Origin: Chloroflexota bacterium
Lineage (GTDB): Bacteria > Chloroflexota > Limnocylindria > Limnocylindrales > CSP1-4
Assembly: GCA_919901745.1 (NCBI GenBank)
Contig: CAKKPP010000021.1
Coordinates: forward strand, 2,820-66,819
Reading direction: 5' to 3'
Length of the DNA stretch: 64,000 nt
Shown: piece by piece, positions 28,652 through 38,227 of the stretch
How positions within the stretch are numbered: position 1 is the stretch's first letter
Layout of the letters: every line of letters starts with the position of its first letter
Made by a program: the position numbers and the translations under genes
Notes under the pieces: generated by a model
What the model saw: the letters and a program-made list of their open reading frames with translations, nothing else
Told to the model about the DNA's origin: nothing
Databases searched by the model: none

Positions 28652-29205
28652 TGCTTCCGTCGATCCTCGGGCTGATCGTCGAGGTCCTGGAGCGTGCCGG
28701 CATCCCCTACATGATCACGGGCTCAGTCGCCAGCTCATTCCACGGCGCTCCGCGGGCCACGCGCGACGTCGATGTCGTCATCGACCCTGAGTCTGCGGCA
28801 CTCGACCGCCTGGTCGAAGGTCTTCACTCCGCGGCGTTCTACGTAGACCGAGCGGCTGCCCATGACGCCCTCCGGGATCGAAGCCAGTTCAACGCGATCG
28901 ACGCGACGACGGGCTGGAAGATCGACTTCGTACTCCGTAAGGACCGGCCCTTCTCGAAGGCCGAGTTCGAGCGACGGCAGCGCCTGGAGCTCCTCGGTAC
29001 GATCGCGTGGATCGCCACGCCCGAGGACATGATCCTCGCCAAGCTCGAGTGGGCCGCGGCGACCGGCTCGGACCGCCAGCTGCAGGATGTCGCGGCGATG
29101 GTCGACGTGGCCGGAGATGCCCTCGACATCAGGTACCTTGACGAGTGGCTCGCAGAGCTGGGGTTGCGGGAGGATTGGTCGCGCCTCCAGAACCGGGGAG
29201 CGTGA
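28648..29205 (+). CDS. nucleotidyltransferase-fold putative toxin (AbiEii/MenT-like)
   Basis: TGSVA-x7-PRATRDVD (G[GS]...DxD), KIDF, ATPEDMILAKL, RQLQD. Confidence 0.72.
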   Translation: MMLPSILGLIVEVLERAGIPYMITGSVASSFHGAPRATRDVDVVIDPESAALDRLVEGLHSAAFYVDRAAAHDALRDRSQFNAIDATTGWKIDFVLRKDRPFSKAEFERRQRLELLGTIAWIATPEDMILAKLEWAAATGSDRQLQDVAAMVDVAGDALDIRYLDEWLAELGLREDWSRLQNRGA

Positions 29206-29266
29206 CCAGCCTTGTGAGATCGGCCGGCACCCTCATGGACCGACCGTGAGTCGACGCTCGCTCGGC

Positions 29267-29272
29267 TACCAT
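29267..29272 (+). promoter_or_regulatory. -10 box (TACCAT), leaderless alaS
   Basis: 8 nt before ATG 29281. Confidence 0.5.
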
Positions 29273-29280
29273 TGCCGCCG

Positions 29281-32106
29281 ATGTCGAACGAGTCGCCGCC
29301 GCCGGACCGCGACCCGCGGATCACGGCGCTTCCCGCCGCAGAGATCCGCCGCCGGTTCGTCGAGTATTTCGCCGAGCGGGGCCACGAGGTGGTGCCCAGC
29401 GCCAGCCTCGTGCCGGGCGGCGACCAGACGCTCCTCTTCACCAACAGCGGGATGGTCCAGTTCAAGGACGTCCTGACCGGCGCCGAGACGCGCTCATACA
29501 AGCGTGCGGTCGACTACCAGCGCTGCCTGCGCGTCGCCGGCAAGCACAACGACTTCGAGGAGGTCGGCCGCACGCCGCGGCACCACACGCTGTTCGAGAT
29601 GCTCGGCAACTTCAGTTTCGGCGACTACTTCAAGCCCGATGCGATCGGCTGGGCCTGGGACTTCCTCACCCGCGACCTCGGGATCCCCGAGGACCGTCTC
29701 GCCGCGACCGTCTACACCACCGATGACGACGCCTACCGGATCTGGAACGAGGTGATCGGGCTCCCGCCGGAACGGATCGCCCGGTGGGGCGACTTCGCCA
29801 ACGGCGACGAGAAGAACTTCTGGCGGATGGCCGATACCGGACCGGCCGGACCGTGTTCGGAAATCCACTTCGACCGCGGAGTCCAGCTCAGCGAAGGCGA
29901 CTTCTGCACGCCGGACCACTCGGAACACTGCCCGCGCTGGCTCGAGATCTGGAACCTCGTGTTCATGCAGTACGAGCTGGCGCTCGATCGATCGCTGACG
30001 CCATTGCCGGCCCCGGGCGTCGACACCGGCCTGGGGCTCGAGCGGTTGGCCATGGCGCTGCAACAGGTCCCGTCCAACTACGACACGGACCTGTTCGCCC
30101 CGATCCATGGCCGGATGCGGGAGCTGCTCGGGCACGATCCGGACGCCTTCGAAGCCGAGCGCTTCAGCTACCAGGTGATCGCCGACCACGCCCGCGCCGT
30201 CACGTTCCTGACCGCCGACGGCGTGCTGCCTGCAAATGAAGGCCGAGGGTACGTCCTCCGCAAGATCATGCGCCGCGCCGTGCGCCACGGTCGGCTGCTC
30301 GGGCGGCGCGAGCCGTTCATGGCCGAAGTGGCCCGGGTCGTCATCGACACGATGGGCGAGGCCTACCCGCATCTGGTTGAGCGTCGTGACGAGGTGATCG
30401 GCGCGATCGTCCGCGAGGAGGCGCAGTTCACGCGCACGCTGGAGGCCGGCACGAACCTCCTCGAGGAGGCGCTCATCCCGCTGACCTCGGCGGAGCGCGT
30501 GATTGGACGCCGCCCGGAGGACCTGCCGGCGGACGCGCCGCTGATCCCGGGAGCGGTGGCGTTCAAGCTCCACGACACGTTCGGGTTCCCGATCGACCTG
30601 ACGATCGAACTCGCGTCCGAGTACGGGGTGGGAGTCGACCGCGAAGGCTTCGAGGCCGCCCTTGCCGAGCAACGGGAGCGCAGCCGGTCGGGCGCCAGGG
30701 CTGCACTTCGGAGCCAGGCTGAGCTCAGCGCGCTCTACGCATCCATCCAGTCCCGCGCCGGCGACACGACGTTCGAGGGCTACGAGACGGCGACCGTCGA
30801 GGGCGCACGGATCGTCGCCATCATTCGGGACGGGATGGAGTACCAGGAGCTCGAGGCGGTCGATGAGATCGAACTCCGCGCCGAGGCCGGGGCGACCGCC
30901 GAGATCGTGATCGACCGGACGCCGTTCTACGCCGAGGGTGGCGGCCAGGTCGGCGATCAGGGGATCCTGCGGCTGGTCAACAGCGCGGACGGGGACGCGA
31001 GCAACGACGTCCTGTTCGAGGTCGAGGACACCCAGAAGCCCGTCGGCGGCCTGATCGTCCACCGAGGGACCCTCCGCGGCGCCGTGAAGGTCGGTCAAAT
31101 GGTCGTTGCCGCGGTGGACGCCGACCGCCGCGCGCACACGATGCGCAACCACACCGGGACCCACGTCCTCCACCGCGCGCTGCGAAACGTCGTCGGCGAA
31201 CGGGCTCGCCAGGCAGGTTCGCTCGTGACCCCCGACTACCTCCGGTTCGACTTCCCGTTCGATCGAGGCCTCACCGACGACGAGAAGCGCTCGATCGAGG
31301 ACGAGGCACGCCGGATCATCCGCGAGGACCGGGCCGTCAGCATCGAGCACATGGACATGGCAACGGCGATCGAACGCGGTGCGGACGCCTTCTTCGACGA
31401 GAAGTACGGCGAGACCGTCCGCACGATCCGCGTCCAGGACTACAGCTTCGAGCTGTGCGGCGGCACGCACTGCCGTGCGTCCGGCCAGATCGGCAGTTTC
31501 GTCATCACCGGCGAGCGGAGCATCGGCTCCGGGATGCGCCGGATCGAGGCGCTCACCGGCGCGGCCGCGGACGCGTACCTGCGGGCGCGCTCCCACGCGC
31601 TCGAGGCGACGGCCGCGACGCTCGGCGCCCAGACCACCGACGCGATCCCGGAACGGATCGCGACGCTCCAGGCCGAGCTCAAGGAGGCGAAACGGCGTCT
31701 CCGCGAAGGTGGGGGAGCGGCCGGGGCCGCCCCGAAACCCGGCGAGCTGGTTGCCGCCGCCGAGCTGATCGGCGCTGCCCGTCTCGTCGCTCACGTCGGG
31801 CCCTACGAGTCAATCGATGCGCTCAAGTCGGCCGCGAAGACGATCAGCGGCGTGCTCGGAGACGGCGTCGTCGTTCTCGCCATGGACGCCGAGGAGCCCC
31901 AGGTGTTCGTCACCGTCAGCGCGGATCTCGTGGCCCGCGGCCTGAGCGCCGGCGACCTCGTCCGGGCCGCGGTTGCGCCTCTCGAGGGCAAGGGCGGTGG
32001 GCGGCCGGAGATGGCGCAGGGCAAGGGCAGCCGCCGCGAGGGGATCCCCGCTGCGCTGGAGGCCGTGCGGAGCGCCGTGCGGCAGGCGCTGGAGAACGGG
32101 GCATGA
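29281..32106 (+). CDS. alaS: alanyl-tRNA synthetase
   Basis: LLFTNSGMVQFK, HHTLFEMLGNFSFGDYFK, EIWNLVFMQ, DTGLGLER, TPFYAEGGGQ, NHTGTH, ELCGGTH, GGGRPEMAQG. Confidence 0.97.
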   Translation: MSNESPPPDRDPRITALPAAEIRRRFVEYFAERGHEVVPSASLVPGGDQTLLFTNSGMVQFKDVLTGAETRSYKRAVDYQRCLRVAGKHNDFEEVGRTPRHHTLFEMLGNFSFGDYFKPDAIGWAWDFLTRDLGIPEDRLAATVYTTDDDAYRIWNEVIGLPPERIARWGDFANGDEKNFWRMADTGPAGPCSEIHFDRGVQLSEGDFCTPDHSEHCPRWLEIWNLVFMQYELALDRSLTPLPAPGVDTGLGLERLAMALQQVPSNYDTDLFAPIHGRMRELLGHDPDAFEAERFSYQVIADHARAVTFLTADGVLPANEGRGYVLRKIMRRAVRHGRLLGRREPFMAEVARVVIDTMGEAYPHLVERRDEVIGAIVREEAQFTRTLEAGTNLLEEALIPLTSAERVIGRRPEDLPADAPLIPGAVAFKLHDTFGFPIDLTIELASEYGVGVDREGFEAALAEQRERSRSGARAALRSQAELSALYASIQSRAGDTTFEGYETATVEGARIVAIIRDGMEYQELEAVDEIELRAEAGATAEIVIDRTPFYAEGGGQVGDQGILRLVNSADGDASNDVLFEVEDTQKPVGGLIVHRGTLRGAVKVGQMVVAAVDADRRAHTMRNHTGTHVLHRALRNVVGERARQAGSLVTPDYLRFDFPFDRGLTDDEKRSIEDEARRIIREDRAVSIEHMDMATAIERGADAFFDEKYGETVRTIRVQDYSFELCGGTHCRASGQIGSFVITGERSIGSGMRRIEALTGAAADAYLRARSHALEATAATLGAQTTDAIPERIATLQAELKEAKRRLREGGGAAGAAPKPGELVAAAELIGAARLVAHVGPYESIDALKSAAKTISGVLGDGVVVLAMDAEEPQVFVTVSADLVARGLSAGDLVRAAVAPLEGKGGGRPEMAQGKGSRREGIPAALEAVRSAVRQALENGA

Positions 32107-32113
32107 CCGCCCG

Positions 32114-33376
32114 ATGACGTTCCTCAAGCGATTCTGGCCCCGGGAGCGGGCCGAGCCCCTCACGGCCTGTACCGCCCTCGACATCGGCACCGAATTTGCC
32201 AAGGCCCTCGTGTTCGACATCGATCCCGACGGTCGTGGCACCGTCCGCGGCGTCGGCCGCAAACGGCAAGGTCTGGCCCACATGCAGTCGGGCACCGTGG
32301 CCGACATCGCCGCCGTCGTCGACAACTGCGCCGTGGCGCTCCAGGAAGCCGAGGAGATGGCCGGGTTCCGACCGACTCAGGTCGTGATCGGGATCGCCGG
32401 CGAACTCGTGAAAGGCTTCACGACGACGCACACCCAGGAGCGCAAGAAGCCCGATCTGCCGATCACGGACGCGGAGGTGCAGAAGCTGATCGATACGGTT
32501 CAGGTCGAGGCACTCACCGAGGCCAGGCGGGCGATCACCTGGGAGACGGGCCTGCCGAACGTCGACGTCAGGCTGGTTCACGCAGCCGTCACGACGGTCG
32601 CGATCGACGGCTACCCACTGACCAACCCGATCGGTTTCCAGGGTCGCAACGTCACCATCGGCATCTTCAACGCATTTGCGCCACTCGTGCATCTCGGGGC
32701 GCTCCAGAGCGTCGCCGCACAGCTTGACCTTGAGCTTCTCGACATCGTCGCCGAGCCGTATGCGGTGGCCCGCGTTCTCGGGACGGAGCAGATTCGCCAG
32801 GCCGGCGCCCTGTTCGTCGACGTGGGCGGTGGTACGACCGATGTCGCCCTGGTCCGTCACGGCGGGATCGAGGGGACACGAATGTTCGCCCTCGGCGGCC
32901 GCGCCTTCACCAAGTCCATCGCCGATCACCTGGACCTGCCGTTCCCCCGGGCCGAGTCGCTCAAGGTCGACTACGCGCGCGGCATCGCCGGCGATCAGGC
33001 CGCTCGGGTGGCCGCCGTTGTGGCCGGCGACGTCGAGATCTGGGCGGCCGGCGTGGAGCTGGTGATGGAGGAGCTGGCGGCCGGGGATCTCCTGCCCGGC
33101 CGGATCTACCTGTGTGGCGGGGGATCGCGGCTGCCGGAAGTCCGGACGGCACTGGCGGCGGAGGGGTTCTGGCGGCGCCTGCCCTTTGCCCGGCCGCCCG
33201 AAGTCACCGTCATCGGGCCCTCGGACATCGAGGCCGTCGTCGATGCCACGGGTCTCCTCGTGGACCAGCAGGACGTGACGCCGATGGGCCTCGCGTACCA
33301 GGCGATCGAACTCCAGGGGTCCGAGGATCCCCTCGAGGTGGCGCTGCGCCGCGTGCTCAAGGCGATGAAGGTGTGA
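32114..33376 (+). CDS. FtsA-like actin/Hsp70-fold ATPase
   Basis: ALDIGTEFAKA (phosphate 1), VVIGIAG, AEPYAVA, VDVGGGTTD (phosphate 2), GGRAFT, AESLK, LCGGGSRL; no ftsZ/ftsQ nearby. Confidence 0.82.
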   Translation: MTFLKRFWPRERAEPLTACTALDIGTEFAKALVFDIDPDGRGTVRGVGRKRQGLAHMQSGTVADIAAVVDNCAVALQEAEEMAGFRPTQVVIGIAGELVKGFTTTHTQERKKPDLPITDAEVQKLIDTVQVEALTEARRAITWETGLPNVDVRLVHAAVTTVAIDGYPLTNPIGFQGRNVTIGIFNAFAPLVHLGALQSVAAQLDLELLDIVAEPYAVARVLGTEQIRQAGALFVDVGGGTTDVALVRHGGIEGTRMFALGGRAFTKSIADHLDLPFPRAESLKVDYARGIAGDQAARVAAVVAGDVEIWAAGVELVMEELAAGDLLPGRIYLCGGGSRLPEVRTALAAEGFWRRLPFARPPEVTVIGPSDIEAVVDATGLLVDQQDVTPMGLAYQAIELQGSEDPLEVALRRVLKAMKV

Positions 33377-35073
33377 GCGGGCAGGGGACGAACCCGGAGG
33401 CCGCGCCGGCGATTCTCTACCTGGACGTCGACGACGAGATCACGTCGGCCGCCGGTCGGATGCGGGCCGCGGCGGAAGGGCCGGTGGCCATCGTCCTGCC
33501 CCATGGTTCGCGCCTGGCGACGTCGCGGATCAACTTCCGGCTGCTCGCCCGCGAGGCGTCGGCCCGAGGCCGCCGACTCTCGATCGTGGCACCCGACGCG
33601 ACGGCGCGGTCCCTCGCGGCTTCCGCCGGCCTTCCCGTCTATGCGAGCGTAGCGGAGTTCGAATCGGCCGCCATCTCGGGCGCTGGGGCCGTCGCGCCGC
33701 AGGACACGAGCCGCGACGACTCGGGGCCGACCGTCACATCGGTTCGCACCGTCACATCGGTTCGCCAGGCAGCGGTCCCGCCGAGCGAGCTGACCGAGAC
33801 CGCCCTGCCGACTTCCGACTTCCCCGAGCCGTCCGGGACGCCACGGGTCGCTCCGCCGTCGGGCTGGGGCTCCATCCCGGTCGTGGGTCGGCGGCGCGGT
33901 CCGCGGGCGCCGAGCGCGCGGACCACCGTTGTGCTGGTGAGCCTTGCCGTGCTGGCCGTCGTCGTCACGGTGGCTGGCTATGTCCTGCTGCCCAGCGCCA
34001 CGATCGCGATCAGCCCACGGCTCGAGGCGGTGGGACCGATCCGCCTCGAGATCGTCGCGGATCCGGACGCACCAACGGTCGACCCCACGGCGCGTGTCGT
34101 GCCGGCGCAGCGACTGACCATCGACGTCGCGGTCACCGACTCGTTTCCGGCGACCGGCAAGCGGGTCGAGACGACGACGGCGAGCGGAACCGTGACGTTC
34201 CAGAACTGCGACACTGGCGGGAGTCAGACGGTGCGGGCGGGCGCGCTGGTTTCAACCGCGAGCGGCGTCGGTTTCTCGACGTCGAGCGCGGTCAGGATTT
34301 CGAGAGCAAAGATCGACATTTTCAACGGCCTGGAGTGCATGACCAAGGTTGTCGGCGTGACCGCCGTGGCGAGTGGCTCCCAGGGCAACGTTGCCGCCGG
34401 GACGATCACCGGGATCCCCGCCGGTTACGATCCGATCGTCCTTCGCGTGACCAACGCGGAACCGACGAGCGGGGGCTCCGAAACCGAGTTCCCGAAGATC
34501 CTCCAGGCGGATGTCGACGGAGCGCTCGACGCGCTGAGTGCGGCAGTAAGCACCGAATTCGCCACCCGCATTGCCGATCCGGTCGAAGCGCCCGCCGGCG
34601 CCACCGTGTTCGACGAGACCGCGCAACTCGGCGAACTTGTCCCGACCGTCGATCCTGCAACGTTCGTCGGCCAGGAGGCTGCCTCGTTCGACCTCGGGTT
34701 GAGCGCGACGGGGACGGTGATCGTGGTCGACCCCGGGCCGATCCGGGCCCTCGCCGAAACCCAGCTCCTCGCGGGCATCGTGTTCCCCGACGTGCTCGTC
34801 GCCGATTCGATGCGGATCACGGTCGGCGACCCGTCCGCCGACGGCGAGCTCGTGCGCTTTCCGGTAACGGCCCAGGCCTCGCGCGTGCGGACGCTCGACG
34901 CGGACACGCTGAAGGCGGCGATCCTCGGGTTGCCGCTGCGCGAGGCGCGGGCCAGGCTCGACCCGGAAGGCGAGGCGAATGTCGTCGTGTGGCCGGACTG
35001 GGTGACCTCGATCCCGGGGATCGACGGCCGGGTGACGTTCACGGTCGGCGATCCCGTGGAAGTGGCTCCGTGA
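33373..35073 (+). CDS. single-pass membrane protein with baseplate J/gp47-like extracellular region
   Basis: Cytoplasmic N-domain (YLDVDDEITS...INFRLL), Pro/Ser linker, TM at ~33922-33993, then ASGTVTF..TVRAG....T..GV.F, VTAVASGSQGNVAAGTI, VTNAEPTSGGSE; GTGA overlap with the FtsA-like gene. Confidence 0.7.
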   Translation: MSGQGTNPEAAPAILYLDVDDEITSAAGRMRAAAEGPVAIVLPHGSRLATSRINFRLLAREASARGRRLSIVAPDATARSLAASAGLPVYASVAEFESAAISGAGAVAPQDTSRDDSGPTVTSVRTVTSVRQAAVPPSELTETALPTSDFPEPSGTPRVAPPSGWGSIPVVGRRRGPRAPSARTTVVLVSLAVLAVVVTVAGYVLLPSATIAISPRLEAVGPIRLEIVADPDAPTVDPTARVVPAQRLTIDVAVTDSFPATGKRVETTTASGTVTFQNCDTGGSQTVRAGALVSTASGVGFSTSSAVRISRAKIDIFNGLECMTKVVGVTAVASGSQGNVAAGTITGIPAGYDPIVLRVTNAEPTSGGSETEFPKILQADVDGALDALSAAVSTEFATRIADPVEAPAGATVFDETAQLGELVPTVDPATFVGQEAASFDLGLSATGTVIVVDPGPIRALAETQLLAGIVFPDVLVADSMRITVGDPSADGELVRFPVTAQASRVRTLDADTLKAAILGLPLREARARLDPEGEANVVVWPDWVTSIPGIDGRVTFTVGDPVEVAP

Positions 35074-35086
35074 CGGTCGCGACCTG

Positions 35087-35548
35087 ATGACGACGCTGCT
35101 CGGCATCGACGTGGGCGAGCGTCGGATCGGCCTCGCCCTGGCCGACCGCGACGGCGGCCGCGCCATGCCACTGCGGACCCTGCGCAGCGCGACGTCGCCC
35201 ATCGCCGATGCGGAGGCCCTGGCGCGAATCATCGGCGAGCATCGCGTCGTCGAGCTGGTCGTGGGACTACCGCTCGAGGCGTCCGGGATCGAGGGTACCC
35301 AGGCTGCGGCGACCCGTGCGTGGGTCGAATCGGTGGCTCCAGAGCTCGGCCTGCCGATCGCCTGGCGCGATGAACGCCTTTCGAGCCACGAGGCCGAGCG
35401 CCGACTCGGCCCCATGAAGCGCGGTCGCTCGGGTGGACCGCCGACCAAGGTTCAGCGTGACGCCCATCGGGCCAAGGTGGACCGGGTGGCCGCGGCAATC
35501 ATCCTCCAGGACGAACTCGATGCCCGAATGACCGGAGACGCCCGATGA
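35087..35548 (+). CDS. ruvX: pre-16S rRNA nuclease / Holliday junction resolvase-like YqgF
   Basis: LGIDVGERRIGLA, VVGLP, DERLSS, VDRVAAAIILQ. Confidence 0.9.
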   Translation: MTTLLGIDVGERRIGLALADRDGGRAMPLRTLRSATSPIADAEALARIIGEHRVVELVVGLPLEASGIEGTQAAATRAWVESVAPELGLPIAWRDERLSSHEAERRLGPMKRGRSGGPPTKVQRDAHRAKVDRVAAAIILQDELDARMTGDAR

Positions 35549-36954
35549 CCTTCCGAGGCGCCAGCCGCCCAAACGATCGACCACAGGCCCGGCCCCTGGA
35601 ACCGGACGTCAGCATTCGTCGCGAGCCGTCCAACCCGCGGCGCGATCCGGGTCGCTACGAGCCGGACTGGCGACGCACGTCCAACGGCCGGTCCGGTCGA
35701 GGGCGCGGATCCAACGGAGGCGGGCACGGTGTGCTGCGTTTTCTGCTCTTCGCGCTGGTGTTGGCGGCCCTGGTCGTCGGGACGATGTTCACCGTCCTGC
35801 GTCCGATCGTTCGTTCGGCGATTGTCGACTGGGCCTGGGAGAACCCAGGCTCCCTTCGGATTCCCCTTGTGGGCGACCTGATCCGCGAGGATCTGGGTTC
35901 TGCCCTGACCGATCCCGCAGGCGGCGACTCAACCAAGGCCGAGTTCGAGGTCGCGCTCGGCGACACGGCCGCCACGCTGGCCCCGCGCCTGCTCGGCGGC
36001 GCCTTCATCACGAGCGAACGCGCCTTCCTCTTCCATGCCATCGAAACCGACTTGAACCCGAAACTCAAGGCCGGCCACTTCCTCCTGCACCACAGCATGA
36101 CGGTGGACGAGGTGACCCAGGCCCTGCTCGGGGCTCCCATCCAGATCTCCACGGAGGTCGTGACCTTCCGCGAAGGTCTCCGGATCGAGCAGATGACGGC
36201 CCTGCTCCAGACGGTGCCGTCCAGGGTGGATCCGCAGGCCTTTTACGAGCTTGCCACGAACCCTCCGGCAACCCTCCTGGGCGACTACCCGTGGCTGGAC
36301 CTCCCGGAGGGTCGATCGCTGGAGGGCTACCTGTATCCGGCGACCTACACGCTGATCGTCGACGCCGGGGGCGGCACCGCCTCGGTGACCACGGCCGATG
36401 ACCTGGTCCGGGCGATGCTCGGCAAGTTCCGCGAGGTGGTGGGTGACCTGGTGATCGTGCCGGAGGGGCGCGGGATGACGTTCTACGAGATCCTCACGCT
36501 CGCCTCGATCGTGGAGCGCGAGGCCGTTCTCGACGAGGAGCGACCGATCATCGCCGGGGTGTATCAGAACCGGCTGAACGGCCTGCGCGGGACGGCCAGG
36601 ATCCTCAACGCGGATCCGACTGTCTTCTACGCCATCGATCAACTGGCCCTCGCCGAGCTTCCATTCGACCAATGGCAGCTGTACTCGTTCTGGAATCCGC
36701 CCGGTCGTGCCCTCGCCGGCGTGAACGTGCCTCCCGAGCTCCAGGGCTACCAGACCTATCAGACGGGCGGCCTGATCCCGGGTCCCATCTGTACGCCGAG
36801 CCTCGAGTCGATCGAGGCCGCCCTCGCGCCGGATACGGAACTCGACGGCGGCTACCTGTACTTCGTTGCGATTCCGGACGGTGCCGGCAAACACGCGTTC
36901 ACCAAGACCCTCGCCGAGCACCAGGCGAACCTCCGGAAATACGGCTACCTGTGA
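35545..36954 (+). CDS. mltG: endolytic transglycosylase MltG
   Basis: N-terminal TM, TFREGL, LEGYLYPATY, LASIVERE (catalytic Glu), NRL, LNADPT, PGPICTP, YLYFV. Confidence 0.9.
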   Translation: MTFRGASRPNDRPQARPLEPDVSIRREPSNPRRDPGRYEPDWRRTSNGRSGRGRGSNGGGHGVLRFLLFALVLAALVVGTMFTVLRPIVRSAIVDWAWENPGSLRIPLVGDLIREDLGSALTDPAGGDSTKAEFEVALGDTAATLAPRLLGGAFITSERAFLFHAIETDLNPKLKAGHFLLHHSMTVDEVTQALLGAPIQISTEVVTFREGLRIEQMTALLQTVPSRVDPQAFYELATNPPATLLGDYPWLDLPEGRSLEGYLYPATYTLIVDAGGGTASVTTADDLVRAMLGKFREVVGDLVIVPEGRGMTFYEILTLASIVEREAVLDEERPIIAGVYQNRLNGLRGTARILNADPTVFYAIDQLALAELPFDQWQLYSFWNPPGRALAGVNVPPELQGYQTYQTGGLIPGPICTPSLESIEAALAPDTELDGGYLYFVAIPDGAGKHAFTKTLAEHQANLRKYGYL

Positions 36955-38189
36955 TCCAGGGGCGGGCGCTGCCGGTGCCGGCGGACTTCGCGGCCCCGCC
37001 GACGGCCGGCGATCTGGTTCGCTGGCAGGATGCCGATCGGGCCGCGCGTCCGGCGCGCCTCGCCCGGCTGCGCGAGCGGTTCGCTGCCGCCGGCGTTGAC
37101 GCCTACTTCGGGCTCCGTCGCGAGCACATGCGGTACCTCTCCGGGTTCACGCTGGCCGATGGCGAGGAGAAGGTGGCCGGGAACTCCGGCCAGTTCCTCG
37201 TCACCGGCGACGAGGTCGTCGTGCTCGCCGACAGTCGCTACATCCTTCAGGCCCAACGCGAGGCACCGGAGTCGCGGGTGCATGCGGCCTTTCACGCCTT
37301 CCCGCAACGCTGGGCCGATCTCGTCACGTCGGTCGGAGCGAAGCGGGTGGCTGTCGAGGCGGCCCTGCTGAGTCACGCCGGCTGGCAACGCCTCGCGGCG
37401 GCTGCGCCGGACATCGAGCTCGTCGGGGTCGAAGGATGGGTGGAGGCCGACCGCGCCACGAAGGAGCCCGCGGAGCTGGAGCGGATCGCCGCCGCCTGCG
37501 CGGTCGCGGACCGCGCCATGGCCGGACTGCTGCCGTCCATTCGCCCCGGTGTCACCGAGCGTGCCCTCGCCCTGGATCTGGAGTGGCGGATGCGGACCGC
37601 CGGAGCGGACGCCCTCGCGTTCGACGTCGCGTGCCTGGCGGGCCCCGAGGCCGCGCTCCCGCATGGGTCGCCCGGCGATCGGCCGGTCCTCAACGATGCA
37701 GTGCTGCTCTTCGACTTCGGGGCGGAGGTCGCCGGCTACCGCAGCGACATGACCCGGACGTTGTTCGTGGGAGAGCCGGCGGCGCGCGATCTCGAGGTGT
37801 ATGGCCTGGTTGCCCGCGCCCAGGAAGCGGCGGTCGATGCGATTCGTGTCGCCGTCGCGGTCGCGCACGACGAAGGGGTCGACCTGCCATCGGGCCGCGC
37901 GATCGACGCCGTCGCCCGCGACGTGATCGTGGCCGCGGGCCGCGGGGAACAGTTCGGTCATGGCCTGGGTCATGGGATCGGCCTGGCGACGCACGAACTG
38001 CCGAGCCTCGGCCTGTCGGCCGCCGAGGCGCCCCTGCCGAGCCCGACCGTCTTCTCGGTTGAGCCGGGGGTCTACGTCGACGGGGAGATGGGCGTCCGGA
38101 TCGAGGACTTGATGACGATCGATACTGCGGCCGGAACGTCGGCGTTGCTCACGCAATTTCCACGCGACATCGTCGTCGTCGGTCGGTAG
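36951..38189 (+). CDS. Xaa-Pro aminopeptidase (M24B family)
   Basis: DSRY, KEPAELERI, HGSPG, DFGA..GYRSDMTRT, HGLGHGIGL..HE, SVEPG, GVRIED; upstream of efp. Confidence 0.9.
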   Translation: MIQGRALPVPADFAAPPTAGDLVRWQDADRAARPARLARLRERFAAAGVDAYFGLRREHMRYLSGFTLADGEEKVAGNSGQFLVTGDEVVVLADSRYILQAQREAPESRVHAAFHAFPQRWADLVTSVGAKRVAVEAALLSHAGWQRLAAAAPDIELVGVEGWVEADRATKEPAELERIAAACAVADRAMAGLLPSIRPGVTERALALDLEWRMRTAGADALAFDVACLAGPEAALPHGSPGDRPVLNDAVLLFDFGAEVAGYRSDMTRTLFVGEPAARDLEVYGLVARAQEAAVDAIRVAVAVAHDEGVDLPSGRAIDAVARDVIVAAGRGEQFGHGLGHGIGLATHELPSLGLSAAEAPLPSPTVFSVEPGVYVDGEMGVRIEDLMTIDTAAGTSALLTQFPRDIVVVGR

Positions 38190-38227
38190 GGCTGGCGCCG
38201 CCACGAGCGGCGCGATACTGTGCGTCC

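Noticed and set aside
33373-35073. Prophage or contractile injection system around the baseplate-J-like gene
   Set aside because: No sheath, tube, tail, terminase or other baseplate genes adjacent; the gene has a TM anchor and host-like codons within a core operon.
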